NCBI GenBank assembly: GCA_040954595.2
Contig: CM082577.2
Span: 7,775,846 to 7,839,845 of the forward strand
Direction of reading: 5' to 3'
DNA length: 64,000 bases
From: Balanoglossus misakiensis
Taxonomy: Eukaryota > Animalia > Hemichordata
Position 1 is the stretch's first letter; every line of letters begins with the position of its first letter. The position numbers were made by a program, and so were the translations under genes. Positions 38,046 to 51,000 of this stretch are shown piece by piece. The notes under the pieces are model-generated. The model searched no databases and was not told the origin of the DNA. It was given only the letters and a program-made list of their open reading frames with translations.

Positions 38046-41000
38046 GGCAAATCTGATATTTCAGACAGTTGGTTACCTCTCTTGAAATCAGATGCTTGGT
38101 TGCATACATCATTTGCTTCTTGGGAGCCATACCACTGAACTTGATCACCTCTTCAACATTCCTTGCAAAGAAAAATACACCGAGTTTAGGATTTGTGACA
38201 ATTAGCGCAAAATGTAGGAATGTTGGAGTCCAACAATGAAAGAAGAATATGCTAATACGTCATCGGTTAGCATGAAGTCCTATTCCTAACATGATTAATG
38301 GTCAAAACAATGCAATATTTATATTCATTTTATAAAAGTATTCAAACCATCTAACATTTATTTCAGAAATGTGGTGAAACTCTTTGGCGAGAAACTGTAA
38401 ATGATGAAAAAAAAATACAAGGAAAGCGTGGTTGGACACAGAGAATGTTCAGTTTTGCACAGTTGTACATCACTTACGGTTCAAGAACATAATTGTATCG
38501 TCCGTCTTGAGATCTCTCTTGGTGGTACGTCAGATTGTAGCAGATCATTGTGTTGACCATGTTGGCGAGTTGTTCCTTCTCTTTACTGCTGAACAGTTGG
38601 GTGTTCACCTGTGGGTGGGGAGGGGGTGACCACAAAGAGTGCATTTCTCAAAAAAATTATGCCGAATTCTGACCATTTGAAATCAGTCAAGTTGTCAGAA
38701 AGTGAATTATTATTTTCGAACAGGAAAATATGAACTTTCAGTGTGTCTAACTGAGAAAAACCCAAGAGTATAGTTCAACTTCAAGAATACATAAATATCA
38801 AAACCTCGCCAGGGTATACGGGTTTATAAAACCTTCCAACATAAACTACAAAGCAATAACTTCAGTTGGCACAGCACATATACTAAGAATACATCTTGGC
38901 AAAAAAAAAAATACTTCTTGTGAAATGTACGTACAGGTCGTATGTTGGGTTGTAGAATCTCGACAAGAAATGGAAGCAAGTCCAACACAGCTATGGAAGT
39001 GTTGACATTACGTTTGGTGTTGGGCATCACACCTGCTAACATGCTCTCCAGAAGGTTTGTAGTTTTGTTTAATCTCACAGTGTTCTGCAAAAGAGAAAAA
39101 GACATCAAGTCATCACTGTCTACCCGAACAAGTGTAGAGATTTGTTTGTGCCACTGATTGCAACAGACCCCTAAGTTTTCACCACTGCTATTGTGTATCA
39201 AAACTCTTTGATATAAATACTTCAAAAAGTACAGCACATCTTACCTCATATTGTGTGTTTGGATACTGAATTCTATGATGAGTAGATGATGCAAACAGCA
39301 TATGGAATGCCACCGGCATATACGGCAAATACCTCATCAAGATGTAACTCTGACTGTGGTTGATTTCTTGGTTCAAGAGGTCGTTGAACGCCAACCAATC
39401 ATGGCCAAGGACAACCTGCAAAAATAAGTCTCAGTGAATGAATGATGTACGATGCATCATTTCAGTTTTGTATGCAGTCCCTGATACCAATAAGCTAATA
39501 TAGTAAGCTCTGCTTTGAACCAGGCAAAATACAATATAACATAAAACATACTCACTGCCTCAAAATGAGGGTCCTTAAATTTCATGTCCAAGAAGTTTTC
39601 AAATATTCCTACATTAAAGATTAAAAAATACTTTCATTAATAATTTCAGGGGCAAAAGTTGACTTTTCAAAAAATATAAAAGTTTACCAATTTCAGATCA
39701 TAAACTACCTGTCCCTTTAAACCTTGCAATGTAGAAATCTGTTGATGAAATTACATGATTTATAATGACAAACTTTCAAAACTGAAAAAACCTGACTGTA
39801 CAAATGTAAGCTAGTTTACAAACCTTGTGTCAATTTCCCATACTCTCCGTTTGAACTGACTGTATTGTAGACATTATTGAACCTTGCCGAGAATGACGTT
39901 TCATTACTGGTGGGTTCATCGTTGTCGAGCACAGTACCTCCATTCACAGCAATTTCATGTGGATTTCGGTACCTTTTCCTGCAAGTGCAAAAACAGAACT
40001 ATCACAGGGAACCACTCAGTATTCTGCCTAAATACTAAGTAACTTTCTTGAGAGTCGCTGATATCGCAAACTTCAACTACAGCGACAGGGTTATGGTTGG
40101 ACGGAAAGTGAAAGTACAAGACAGGCTGCATAGATGAGCTGACGTACCTTTTGGCCTTGGGAAGTGAAAATATGTCCTGCCACACCGAGAACAATCCCTT
40201 GTGTTGGTCTTTCTGACCAATACTCAGGGAATGAACCAAGTTCAATGTAAACTGTTTGTGACGACCGCGCACAAACTATGAGAGAAAACATATGCAACAA
40301 ATTAGCAACGTGGGATTTATAATCCTCATATCTGCAGGAAATGTGAACTTTTTTACCGATTCTCAAGCCATCACTTCCCCTGTGTATAGATTAAAGTATG
40401 CAGATATGGATGTGTTGATTCCATACAAGTACTACCCCTTTCACCAACATGGTCCAGTCCAAACCCATTGTATTCTATGGTAAGATTGGACCGCTCAAAG
40501 AGGGAACTGGGGGTGATAGGGTTAAAGGTCCATAGATCTTACCTGTAATGTGTTGATGCAGGATCTGATGTCATTATCAGCCTTATTACACAAAGCCAGT
40601 AAAGTAGTCTGATGTGTCTCAAGAGAGTTTTCCCTGGAAATCTGTGGAAGACAGAAACTATAATCAATAATACCAAAACCAGTGAGAATAAATGCTAATA
40701 CAGTTTCTTAGTTCCAACTTGATAAAGCTCTTGCAGTCAGATACTTTCCTTAAAAATTAAAAGTTCTTTCAGGTGTGCAAAAAAAGGTTTCCAGCACAGA
40801 TCATTGTAGGAAACCACGAAGAGATAAAACATAAAACATAAAAAGTTACAGAGGTTCAGTAAAATGAAAATTGTTTTGTCAGACAGCTGATAATCTCTTG
40901 TTAATGCCATCAAACCATGTGTAGAATAGTGATGGTTACTGTGTAACTTACTTCAAGCAATCGTGATGCCAATCTTGTAGGCAATGTTGGTGGGAAATTG

Positions 41001-44000
41001 ACAACCATTGCTTGTTGTCGAAGTTGACGAAGCGCTGGAACATACCTAAAGAAAGAAAACAGAGATTCAGTTGAAAACCACAAATTTAATGCTTCATCAC
41101 AGGTGGTTTGTCTCCCCCCCCCCCTCCTCCGTCAACACCTCTTATGGATCAAAATGGGGACTGCAGGTGACACCCAAGGACAGAATATGAAAAGAAAACA
41201 CAGAAATAAAATAAAAATACAACTCACTGATCGTTACAAATGCATATGATTGGTCTGGAAAGAACAAATTTGTCTTTCTTTTTCTTTTTGGCGGCCATAC
41301 CAGGCTGAGAGACCTGATCACTCCGTCCATCTTGTTTCTTGATTACTGACAACAACACATTGATTGCTGGCTGAAATGGTCAATAATGGTACAGTCTAGT
41401 ACATATAGATTCCATCTCTATGATAATTCACATTATAGCAACAATATGCTTAACAACATTCATGTATGTCAAACAACATAGCAGGCATCATAAATTGCCT
41501 GCTGATCAGATAAAGCTGTAGAATACCAGCACTCACCGCAGGGGCACCGTCAATTTCATCGATTACAAGACAGTTTGGTTTCTTATCGCTGCTCAACACG
41601 GATTTCATTTGTGTTGCTGATTCTATCTTTGTACGGAACACATCTGGACTTCGGTCATCACTGAAAAATAAAGAGATAACAAAAAATGACATTAAACCAG
41701 GGCACAATGCAATGTGCAGAAGAAATCAAGTGTTAAACCAAGAACAGTGGGTTTTTCAGCGAAAGCAAACAGTGTAATGTTAGATGGCTGCATTTCTGTG
41801 AAGATACTTTGGATAAGAATGTTCAAGTGCCAGATCTGTTGATAAAATAACATACAGAGATAAAAGTTGTCCTGACAACAAAGACAACAAAGACATGTCA
41901 CATTCTCACCTTGCATTCATCTCTACGACATTGTACCCAGCATGCCGTGCAATCACATGTGCCAGAGTTGTTTTGCCGAGACCAGGAGGACCGCACAAAA
42001 GAGCAACTTTGTGTACTGGCCGATTCTGCTCATCTAACTCCTGAAAAAAAAACACATGCAATACACCAATTAACAGAACTGTGGTAGATTGCGCTAAATC
42101 GCAAAAGTTTCCAAACCATGGTATATTGTATCTAGATTTTTGATAGACTGGAAAAATTATTGTCGGCTCAATTATCATCCCTTTAACCAATTTTGTCATC
42201 TTTTTGTACCCTTGATTATAGGGACGCCTCCAGAAGAGTGATTCAGAGCTGTAGTTGGGTGGGAGTTATGCAAATACTCAATTTGCCATTTTCATCAAGG
42301 AATGACAAGGACAAGGTGCTACTCAGCAATCACTGCTCTTTCATTTTCACATCGAACAATATATAAAAAATGCTGATGCTAACTTGACTTCTGATCTGAG
42401 AGCTACTTGATCCAAGAAAGCAAGTGATACAAACCTCGACAACATCATGCTGTTGCCATTTCTTCTGAAACTTGTTCTGTTTTTTCTGTTCTTGGGGATT
42501 CTTTGGTTTACTTTTCTTTTCTCTGCCGAACACCACACAATCCCAAAGTTTTAACCAGTGAAGAAGTGTCCTGTTTGTGCCGTCATCGCTCAGTAACTCA
42601 GTATAATGCTTTGGTGTGTACTTTTCTACCCACAGTGAAATTTTTGTAAGGTCATCAGCTTTTGTGGCAGTGTCCTCATTACCGCCATCTTCAAAAAGGT
42701 TATCCCATCGCCTAAAAAAATAGATAGACAGATATTGTCGAAGTGTTGATCTAACATCATCCACCAGAAAATCGCCAACTCGTCTCACTTATATTTAGGG
42801 CTTATACTAGTAATGCTTGTGTATAGTTCACTGCCTTCATCTGCATGGACTAATGGTTGTACAGTTTGAAACAAAAATTATGATAATTATCCCAAAATAA
42901 ACTTTTAACTAGGGTATGCCTCAATCACAACTTACCTATTTAATTGTTCAGTTACACGTTGTGACTCCTCCAAAATCTGCGTTCGCTTCTGCAAAGACAC
43001 AGGAAAATCAGCCCAGTCCTTGTTCAACATATTTTATATTCAGACACACTTGCCCAAATGATCACTAATGTTTTTTTCTAAAACATGCTTGCAGTGATTT
43101 ATAAAGGCTCATTTTATCACTTGAATATCAATGCCAGTATAATAGTGACTGCGTGCAGCTATATTTACCTGCGTCCCCAAAACCCCAGAAAAGCATAAAA
43201 CTTACCTCATCTTCGACAATTTCTCTCAATTCGCCGATTGGGGTAGACAGCAAGTTGAATGACCTCTCACTCCTGATGACTGCTTTGTTGATATGCTTCT
43301 GAAATCGAAACAGTCCAGAAATAATCTCTAGCGAATAGTGTTCTGAAGCATTTTCAACTTAGCAATGGTGATAGAAATTCTTAATAGGCTCGGTCTTCTG
43401 TGGACTAACTGTTGCTCAGTGATTACTGCAGTGTTTGTAGACACAGACACTGAAACGGTCATGATGTAGCAATCACAAAATTTACACGGCTAATGTAGTA
43501 CATTGTCAAAGCCCCATGGCCCAATAGTTGCTGTGCATCTTTCCACTCACAGGATATCATTTTATATTTCTCTCACAATCTCAAATTGTACATTTTAACA
43601 ATATACAATTAAAGCTGTATCCATGGTAACATGACACCCACGTACTCACCTATCGATGTAAAAACATTAGGCAAATTCAAATTATATCTGCCATTTAAAA
43701 AGTGTCCTCATCACTATATGACAGGCAATTTTAACAATATTCTTGCATTGCAATGTAACAAGGTTGCTACCTTATTTTTCCTGGCCAATTCATCATCTTC
43801 TCTGAGCTTCAGATACATTCTCTTTCCATCATATCCCGTCACTGTGACAAACGGACAGTTTGGCTCCCTGGAAAGGAGACAGTTTTGTTGCCTTGGTAAC
43901 ACATCCACACCAGACCTGACATGGTTCTCGGCAGTGTCCACTATGAAATCGTTTGTTTTCTGTTTCCTCTGCTGCTGAATCTTCATCACTAGTTTCTCCG

Positions 44001-45344
44001 TCGCATCAGGAGATGGAGGGGGAGTTATCTGGAAATCATCCAGGTCATCGACCTCAGGCCCGGCTGGGTCAGGTGACCTTCTTGTCACTTTCCTGCTTAT
44101 TCGTGGCTTTTTTCTTCTTGGTGCTATGAAAAGTGAAGAGAACCATATACATTTAATTATAGGGTTTTTTTTCCAATCAAAGTCAAAATTCTACACTGAT
44201 CAGATGCTTTGAATAATGCCTCATACACTACACACAAGTCAGTAAAAAGATGATTACCATAAGTTCAACTGAGTCTACATTCAACTTGCCTATTATATTA
44301 CCAGGATTGATACATAAAATAACACTTGGGCATTTTTTCTGTGATTCGTGGATAGTTTCAATTATGACAGAAAATGTATGTATACAAATGTAGGTACTTA
44401 CAGAGAAAAGGAGCAACAATCACCAACTCTCCATTTCCATCTTCATCACTGTCTGATGAATTCAGTCCATAAAGATCACTATTTTCCTTGCTTCTCTTTT
44501 GCGAATGTCTCCTCTCTTGGGTATTTTCTGTAAAGCTCCGTCCTGTTGGTGTATCTCCACCGCTTATCTGTCGTTCATCTGCACTTTTTGTTTTTAGAGA
44601 TGGTGCTTCCCTGTTGGCCAATGGGGGACTGGCTAGATTGACCTCTGACCCCAGGTCAGGTGACTCCAGTCCTGACATGACCGGTAGAGGTGAACTCTCT
44701 ACTGATTTTGTGAACTGCTTTTGTTTAGGAGTGGTAAAATGCAAGGTCTTCTTCGACATCGGGGGTGCAGTCACAGCAGGAATGTCAAAATCTGAAATTC
44801 AGAAAGCAATTTAAAATGTGTCACCATAGAAACTCTCTCTGACACTTATGATATCTGCTAAACTGATCTGTTCAAACTAAGGAATTTTCAGTCAGTCTGA
44901 AGAATGAAACCTTTTTTATGTACATATATATCCAGTACTGTTGGAAAGCCTGAAAATCAGATGAAGGCCTGAAAAGTCCGAGATACTATTACAAAGCCTG
45001 TATCCATATCTTGGGAAAAAGAATGTATACACATGATTGTCAATGATGTAAACAATAGCCATACGGTAATGGTTTACTCTTTACTCATCATACAGTTTGT
45101 GGCAATGCTTTTGAGAAATAGCTCTGCACAGGAAATTATGTAGTAAGATTTAGGTGGACACCGTGCAGGTTCTATTCCTAGTTGAAAATATCTCAAATCT
45201 GATCAACCACTGCAAAATGACAACATCATCAGACCAGGGACCGAAGACTAACCTTCCATTTCGTTCATCATTTCCAGTTCATCAGCATACTGCTGCTCAA
45301 AGTCGTCGAACGGGTCTTCTAGTCCGACGTCGAACGAAGCCATG
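36958..45344 (-). CDS. CHTF18: Chromosome transmission fidelity protein 18 (CTF18-RFC large subunit), about 22 exons
   Basis: LWVEKYTPKHYTELLSDDGTNRTLLHWLKLWD; Walker A [31 protein letters not shown]; Walker B CLVIDEIDGAP; DIRSCINTLQ; C-terminal FKFNAGHTNAVRRKVRIQDLL; TGA 36958-36960; ATG 45344. Confidence 0.95.
40432..40525. mobile_element. piggyBac-like MITE, copy 2 (inverted; CHTF18 intron)
   Basis: Reverse complement reads TTAACCCTATCACCCCCAGTTCCCTCTTTGAGCGGTCCAATCTTACCATAGAATACAATGGGTTTGGACTGGACCATGTTGGTGAAAGGG, collinear with 29724-29820. Confidence 0.75.
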
Positions 45345-45855
45345 TTGATGTTTCTTATTTGTCGAAGTGCAGGATTAAAAGAAGGCACCACGTAGACATC
45401 AGGACATGCACTATTTTCAGATTTTCACGATCTCCTGGTCATTTTAGAAATTTCCCGCGGAACTACTACGCATGCGTTGCACTCTCTTCAGGAACTCTGG
45501 GATACAAAATGTCAGCGCCCTGTAGTAAAAACGCCGGGCTGCTGTGTGACCTTAATTGAACCTGAAAACATTTGTTCCCAACATTTCAAATTGTCGCCAC
45601 GCTTGCCTTTTGCAATACAGACCTTGGAGCACAACCAGTGTTACCGTGTAAGTATCGGTACCCTAACTAGTGTCGCCTGCACCTGCGTCAGTGAGGGCTG
45701 GTCAGTGAGCCCCGGATCGTCGTGTACTGTAAACAACGACCGAGTGTTCGGGTGGCACCGATGGATAGGGCTGATTTAATATGAGATCTCTGAAAAACCG
45801 AATATTTACACCGTTTGCTCGTCTCCATGTTCGCTTTTGGCGTGTCATAGTCGGA
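45345..45855. promoter_or_regulatory. Bidirectional promoter CHTF18/RPUSD1 with probable RPUSD1 5'UTR intron 45648-45850
   Basis: Divergent ATGs about 510 bp apart; NRF1-like palindrome ACGCATGCGT at ~45468; GTAAGT donor at 45648 and TAG acceptor at 45850. Confidence 0.65.
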
Positions 45856-47277
45856 ATGGCAAAGATTCCAACGCTGGACGATATTTCAGTTTTGTACAAA
45901 AGTGACAATTACGTCCTTGTTAACAAGCATTATGATGTCATGATAAACCATACTGATCCTCACCATACAATAACAGTAAATTCCCAGCTGCGAAAATTAC
46001 ACCCGGAATTAGTTGACAGCCAGCTTACTCATGATTTCAGGTTAGTAAAATGTTCCCACATCATGTTGTCCACTCCTGACCAGGTCAGTCAATAAAGCTA
46101 CGCATTCCGTCATACAATGAGAGACTGAGTTAAATCAAAATGTTCTTCTCTCTCAGGTTTGTTCACCAGTTAGATTTCTCCACAAGTGGTGTACTTTGTC
46201 TGGCTCTAAGTAAGGATGCCTGCAGTAAAGCATGCAAGCTTTTTCAAACGAGGAAAGTCCTTAAAGAATACGTCGCTCTGGTGAGTAAATGAAATTCACG
46301 CAATAATTCGCAAAATGACAAAAGTTAGTGACTTTGAGTTTGACTGTATTTAGCACTTTTAGCACGTCAAGTTTATAGTGTATTGCTTTACACATATATT
46401 TGAATTCATTTGAAGCATGGATGATGGAGATGGTTGGAGTATCTATACTATCATAATGTCAGGTACAGATTTGAGAATTCGCTTACAGATACCTACAGAA
46501 TGCACTTGACAGTGTGTTGGTAACTCAAGATATATTGCACGACTTACTTCACCTGAGACTAATTTTTTTCTGGCTATTGACCAATCATGTAACAGGTCAG
46601 AGGTCATGTTGATGATGACTGGATGATTGAGAAACCAATAGCTCGGAGTTTGGAGCCGGGTAATGAGCACATGATGTGTGTACCCGAAGAAGACTGCAAG
46701 TGTTACACTCGAGAGAAACCAGCTGTTACAAAGCTACAGGTCATCTGTAGAGGACATTACAGTGGAGAGCCTGCCACCAAAGTACTGCTGACTCCCCAAA
46801 CAGGTATGAATGTTCTGCTGGATACAGACTGTAACATTTGAGTTATAAACCATTCCTGCCAGCGGTGCTTGCAATTTTTGTCTTTCTTTGGTGCAAGTTA
46901 GTAAATACATAAAAACTTTGACAGAAACTGGTATGATTGCTCGCATAACATATTCAGAATTCAAAGGTGAAAGTGAATGAGGCAATCCCCCCTTTTTATA
47001 TCTTCATCATTTATTTCTATAAAATCTTGCATGATTTTCCTCCGACATGTTTTCTGCAGGACGACGCCATCAGCTGAGAGTTCATTGTTCCAGCCTCGGT
47101 CACACAATAATCGGAGACTACACGTACAGCCACCGACAGGACATTAAACCCTACAGAATGATGCTGCATGCTTTACGGATCGTCATACCGCTTGCCGATG
47201 AACACATAGACGTTACCGCGCCAGATCCTTTCATTCCAGAAACTGATCCAGAATGGAAACCACTGGACACAAGTTGA
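45856..47277 (+). CDS. RPUSD1: RNA pseudouridine synthase domain-containing protein 1 (RluA family); exons 45856-46040, 46157-46280, 46596-46803, 47060-47277
   Basis: VLYKSDNYVLVNKHYD, catalytic RFVHQLDFSTSGVLC, KEYVALVRGH, LTPQTGRRHQLRVHC..GHTIIGDYTYS, RMMLHA, APDPF. Confidence 0.93.
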
Positions 47278-48004
47278 CAGGCATCCACTTTTATTTATTT
47301 GTTCATGATGATTCAGATAGTCACTTCAGTTACTCATATTTATAACCAAGAAACTCTAACTGGAGACGCTACCAGAATGCCAATCTTGTATCAATACCAG
47401 GATTTCATTCTTTCTCATGGAACACACACGATCACACAGAATCTGGGCAAAATGTATATTTTATTGAAAGAAATCTGGAGAGTCCAACATTGCTTGCTAC
47501 AGGGATAGGTTTAGCTGGTTGAGCAGAAAGTGTCTTGTTGGGTCGTGTTGAAATGCAACATCAAAACACGGAAGTGATGTAAAAAATCTGACACATTTAC
47601 ATTTCAAGAAAAGCAGTCAAGCAATTCGTTTAGGAGTATATTTTTCGCTATTACTGGGAATATCAATTCTCATAGATTTGGTTCTTTAATTTGAATTATT
47701 GGATATCACCTTCATTACTTTGAGAGATGTGTATTCCACTCAGAGCTTATTTTGGAATTAATAACAACAATTTTTACAATAAAATGATTGATTGTACCTG
47801 TAGTATTGTAAGCTGTGTAGTATGTTCAAATTGACCTGCAAAGAAATTAAATAGTTCCAATTGACTCCCTAAATCCACATCTATCTGGCCACAGTAGGCA
47901 ATGGGACTTCAGGAGGAAATGGGGGATAGGTTAGCTTTATCAACAGGAGGGTGAACATAGTAGTGTCCAAAGCACTGACATTACTCATTGTAGGTACCAC
48001 AGCC

Positions 48005-51000
48005 TCAAGTCGGTATACCTTTCCTCAGCGAACGATTAAGCTGTCAAGAAAGTGGAAATAAAGATATTTAGAATATGTTATTTGGTAGGATGGTAGTTAC
48101 TTGGATTGATAAGACATCAGATGAACCATGGATGTTCTGATGGGATATAGGCAGTGGAGAGCTTCATCCACAATGATGATGTATGTTAAACCAAACATTC
48201 ATTCATTCACTCACTCACCCACCCACCAAACAGCAAGCACCTAGTGTACCCATGCATGTCACGATTACACAGGCCAAAAGTGGAACTGTTTTAATCTCAC
48301 CTCTTCAAATTTATGAATCTGCCTGATGAAGAAATCTCCATAACGACGAGCTACTTTGGTGTCAGCGATATGAATCATATCCTGTTGGTTGAAAGAAAGC
48401 ACACATTAGGTTGAAGCAACCACCACATACACTAACAAAATATTGTCTCATTCTCCAGTATTTGGCTTTCTCTGGGACAATAAAAAATCCTGTCTTCTGA
48501 ACTGGTCAAAATTTGAGAGAAAGTGTTTTGTAAATGGTTATGCTGTCTTGGTGAGGCATACCTGATCAATGTAGAAATCCACCTCTGAAGCAGACTGAAA
48601 TTCCCCTTCTAATCCACTGCTACCCTTGGTCCAGACCAAATTCTTCATTTTATGCTGAAAGGGGGAAATACACAGTCTCATTGCTTGGGAGCGGTTTGAG
48701 TCAATGTAAAGTGCTGTTTATATATTATCATGCCATGACTCAATACTCAATACTCTGTTCCCTACACAATTTTCTCTCAAACATTGTTTAGCTTACCTTG
48801 AAGCAAAGCAGCTGATTCCTAAAATCATCTTCTTGCTGTTGACAAAATACAGTACAAAATTTAATTGTAGACTTAAATGCAATTAAGGCGTCCAAGTGAT
48901 CAGATATTACTTCATCCATTCTACAACCCTCAACTCTATTTCCATCCATAATTAACACCTCTAAAAGCTATGCTAACTGACTTATGATTCCAATGACAAA
49001 GAAACTGTAACTTACCATGTCAAGAAAAGTGGCCAGCTTTGAAATTGGCATGGTGGTGTACAATTTCAGGAAACTGTTGGCAAAATTAGAAGTCAATACA
49101 GTGTAGAAATAATTTTGGCATAGTAGACTTTGGTGTTCAACAAATATACGGTATACCAGAAACATCATGAGCTACAAGATCGATTTATTAGAATGTTTAC
49201 CTCCTGATTGTGGGAATCATTATCTGCTGATTGACTTCCTCCATGAACACTTTCAACTGAAGCAGGAACGGCTCCTTGTGGTAGTTGCCCTTGGGTGCGT
49301 CGTAGTTGGGGACGACCGGTGAAATGAACTTGGGACACGCAAATGAATAGCAATCTTCAAACACTTGTCGGTCACTGAAACAAACACAAGCCAGAAAATA
49401 GCACTTTTGAGTTAATTCACATCTTCTCCACTCTGCCCTTGGATGCTGATAATGAGATTGCCGTTTGGTTAAGATAAAGACACACACTTTCTTTCCTAGA
49501 GAAAATGTTTACATTATGGGACAAACATTACCACATTTTTGAGATGACTACTGTTAAATAATAATGTTCCTGGTTCCAGAAATTTATTAATTAAAAAATA
49601 CCACTGCTACACAAATTCGGTGGACACTTAACTTGACACAGAGCTAAAAAATATACAACAGCAAACACCAGATAGGCTAATTGCTGCTTGATATTTCTTA
49701 CCCTTTCTGCATTCTGAGCATCTTATCCGCACACTTCTCACGCAACTGAGAATGAACGCTCTCATCAATTCTCATGGGGTGCAGAGTCAAACAGATGGCC
49801 AGCAAGGTGTACATCTGATCATTCATTTTCATTATCTGTGAAGTAAAAACGAGAAACGTGAGATCTAAACAGAGATACAAGTAGCACAGACCTATGTTTG
49901 ACTACATGAGAGCCAAGTGATGCAGATCTAATACCACAGTGAACATAACATTCACATCAATCTCATTGCTACTTCTTTGTTCAAGTACCAGCTGATTTGC
50001 CCTGTTCTGACCCTTACGACATCCACTAATATTAACCTCACACCCACGCCTAGTAATTTTGAAGGGGTTGATACTGGACCCTCAATAGAAGGAAACTGGC
50101 AAAAATCTTATACATAAAACACCCTTACCATATCATACTGGTACGACTTTGTCTGGAACATCTGTTTTGTCCGTTGGATGTAGAGTAGAATATTGGCAAA
50201 GCTTCTTATTGCATCCTGGTACCGCCTCATCATGATGTATGCAAATCCTACATAGTAGTAGGTAGTGATCTGGCAGGCTGGTACTCTGGAGTAAACACTC
50301 TATAAACACAATCATACACACAAATCTTTCAGTGTTTAGTTTTGTCATACGTTTCTTGACTTATCAGTCTGATGTCACAAAACATTTCTCCGTCTGCCAA
50401 AAAGGCAGAATATTACCATTGCTACTTTTCTTACCTTTTTGTTAAGTTCTATGTTCTCCAGTACTTTGATGCCCTGGTAGTAATCTCCCAGCAACGAGTG
50501 GAGACGCAGCAGACCAATCAGACTGAAGTAGCCCAACATCTTGTAGAGCGGATGTCGGCCGAAGTCACCAGCCACACTGTCTGGATCACCTTGGATGCAA
50601 GAAAAATCATGTCAAATTATTGTGAGCAGAAAAGGCATTCTAGAGGCCACTTGTGCCATAGCACTAACTTAAGTGGCAGACACTGTGAATGCACACCCTC
50701 TTCTTGTACATATGGAAGGCACTTAAATGGACACTGTGCATAATGCTTGATGGATTGGGAAAATTGTCTACGTCCATATGACTGTGCAGATGAAATCAAG
50801 CAAATTGTTATTACCTTCACTAGCATAGACCTCTAGCTGCTGATTGATGTTGGATTTTTCCACCAGACAATGCAAGACGTTCAATACACTGTGCACATTC
50901 CATATCTGAAACACAAAAATATTAGACCGTCCATCAAATCTGAGCTCAAACTCTGGCTGCTTGCTTCTAAAATCTGTTTTTCCTTGCATGTATTTTATCA

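Noticed and set aside
48113-48185. Box C/D snoRNA candidate in the last EIF3L intron (minus strand TGGATGA...CTGA)
   Set aside because: Imperfect C box and no convincing rRNA-complementary guide of 10 nt or more; would need snoscan or Infernal.
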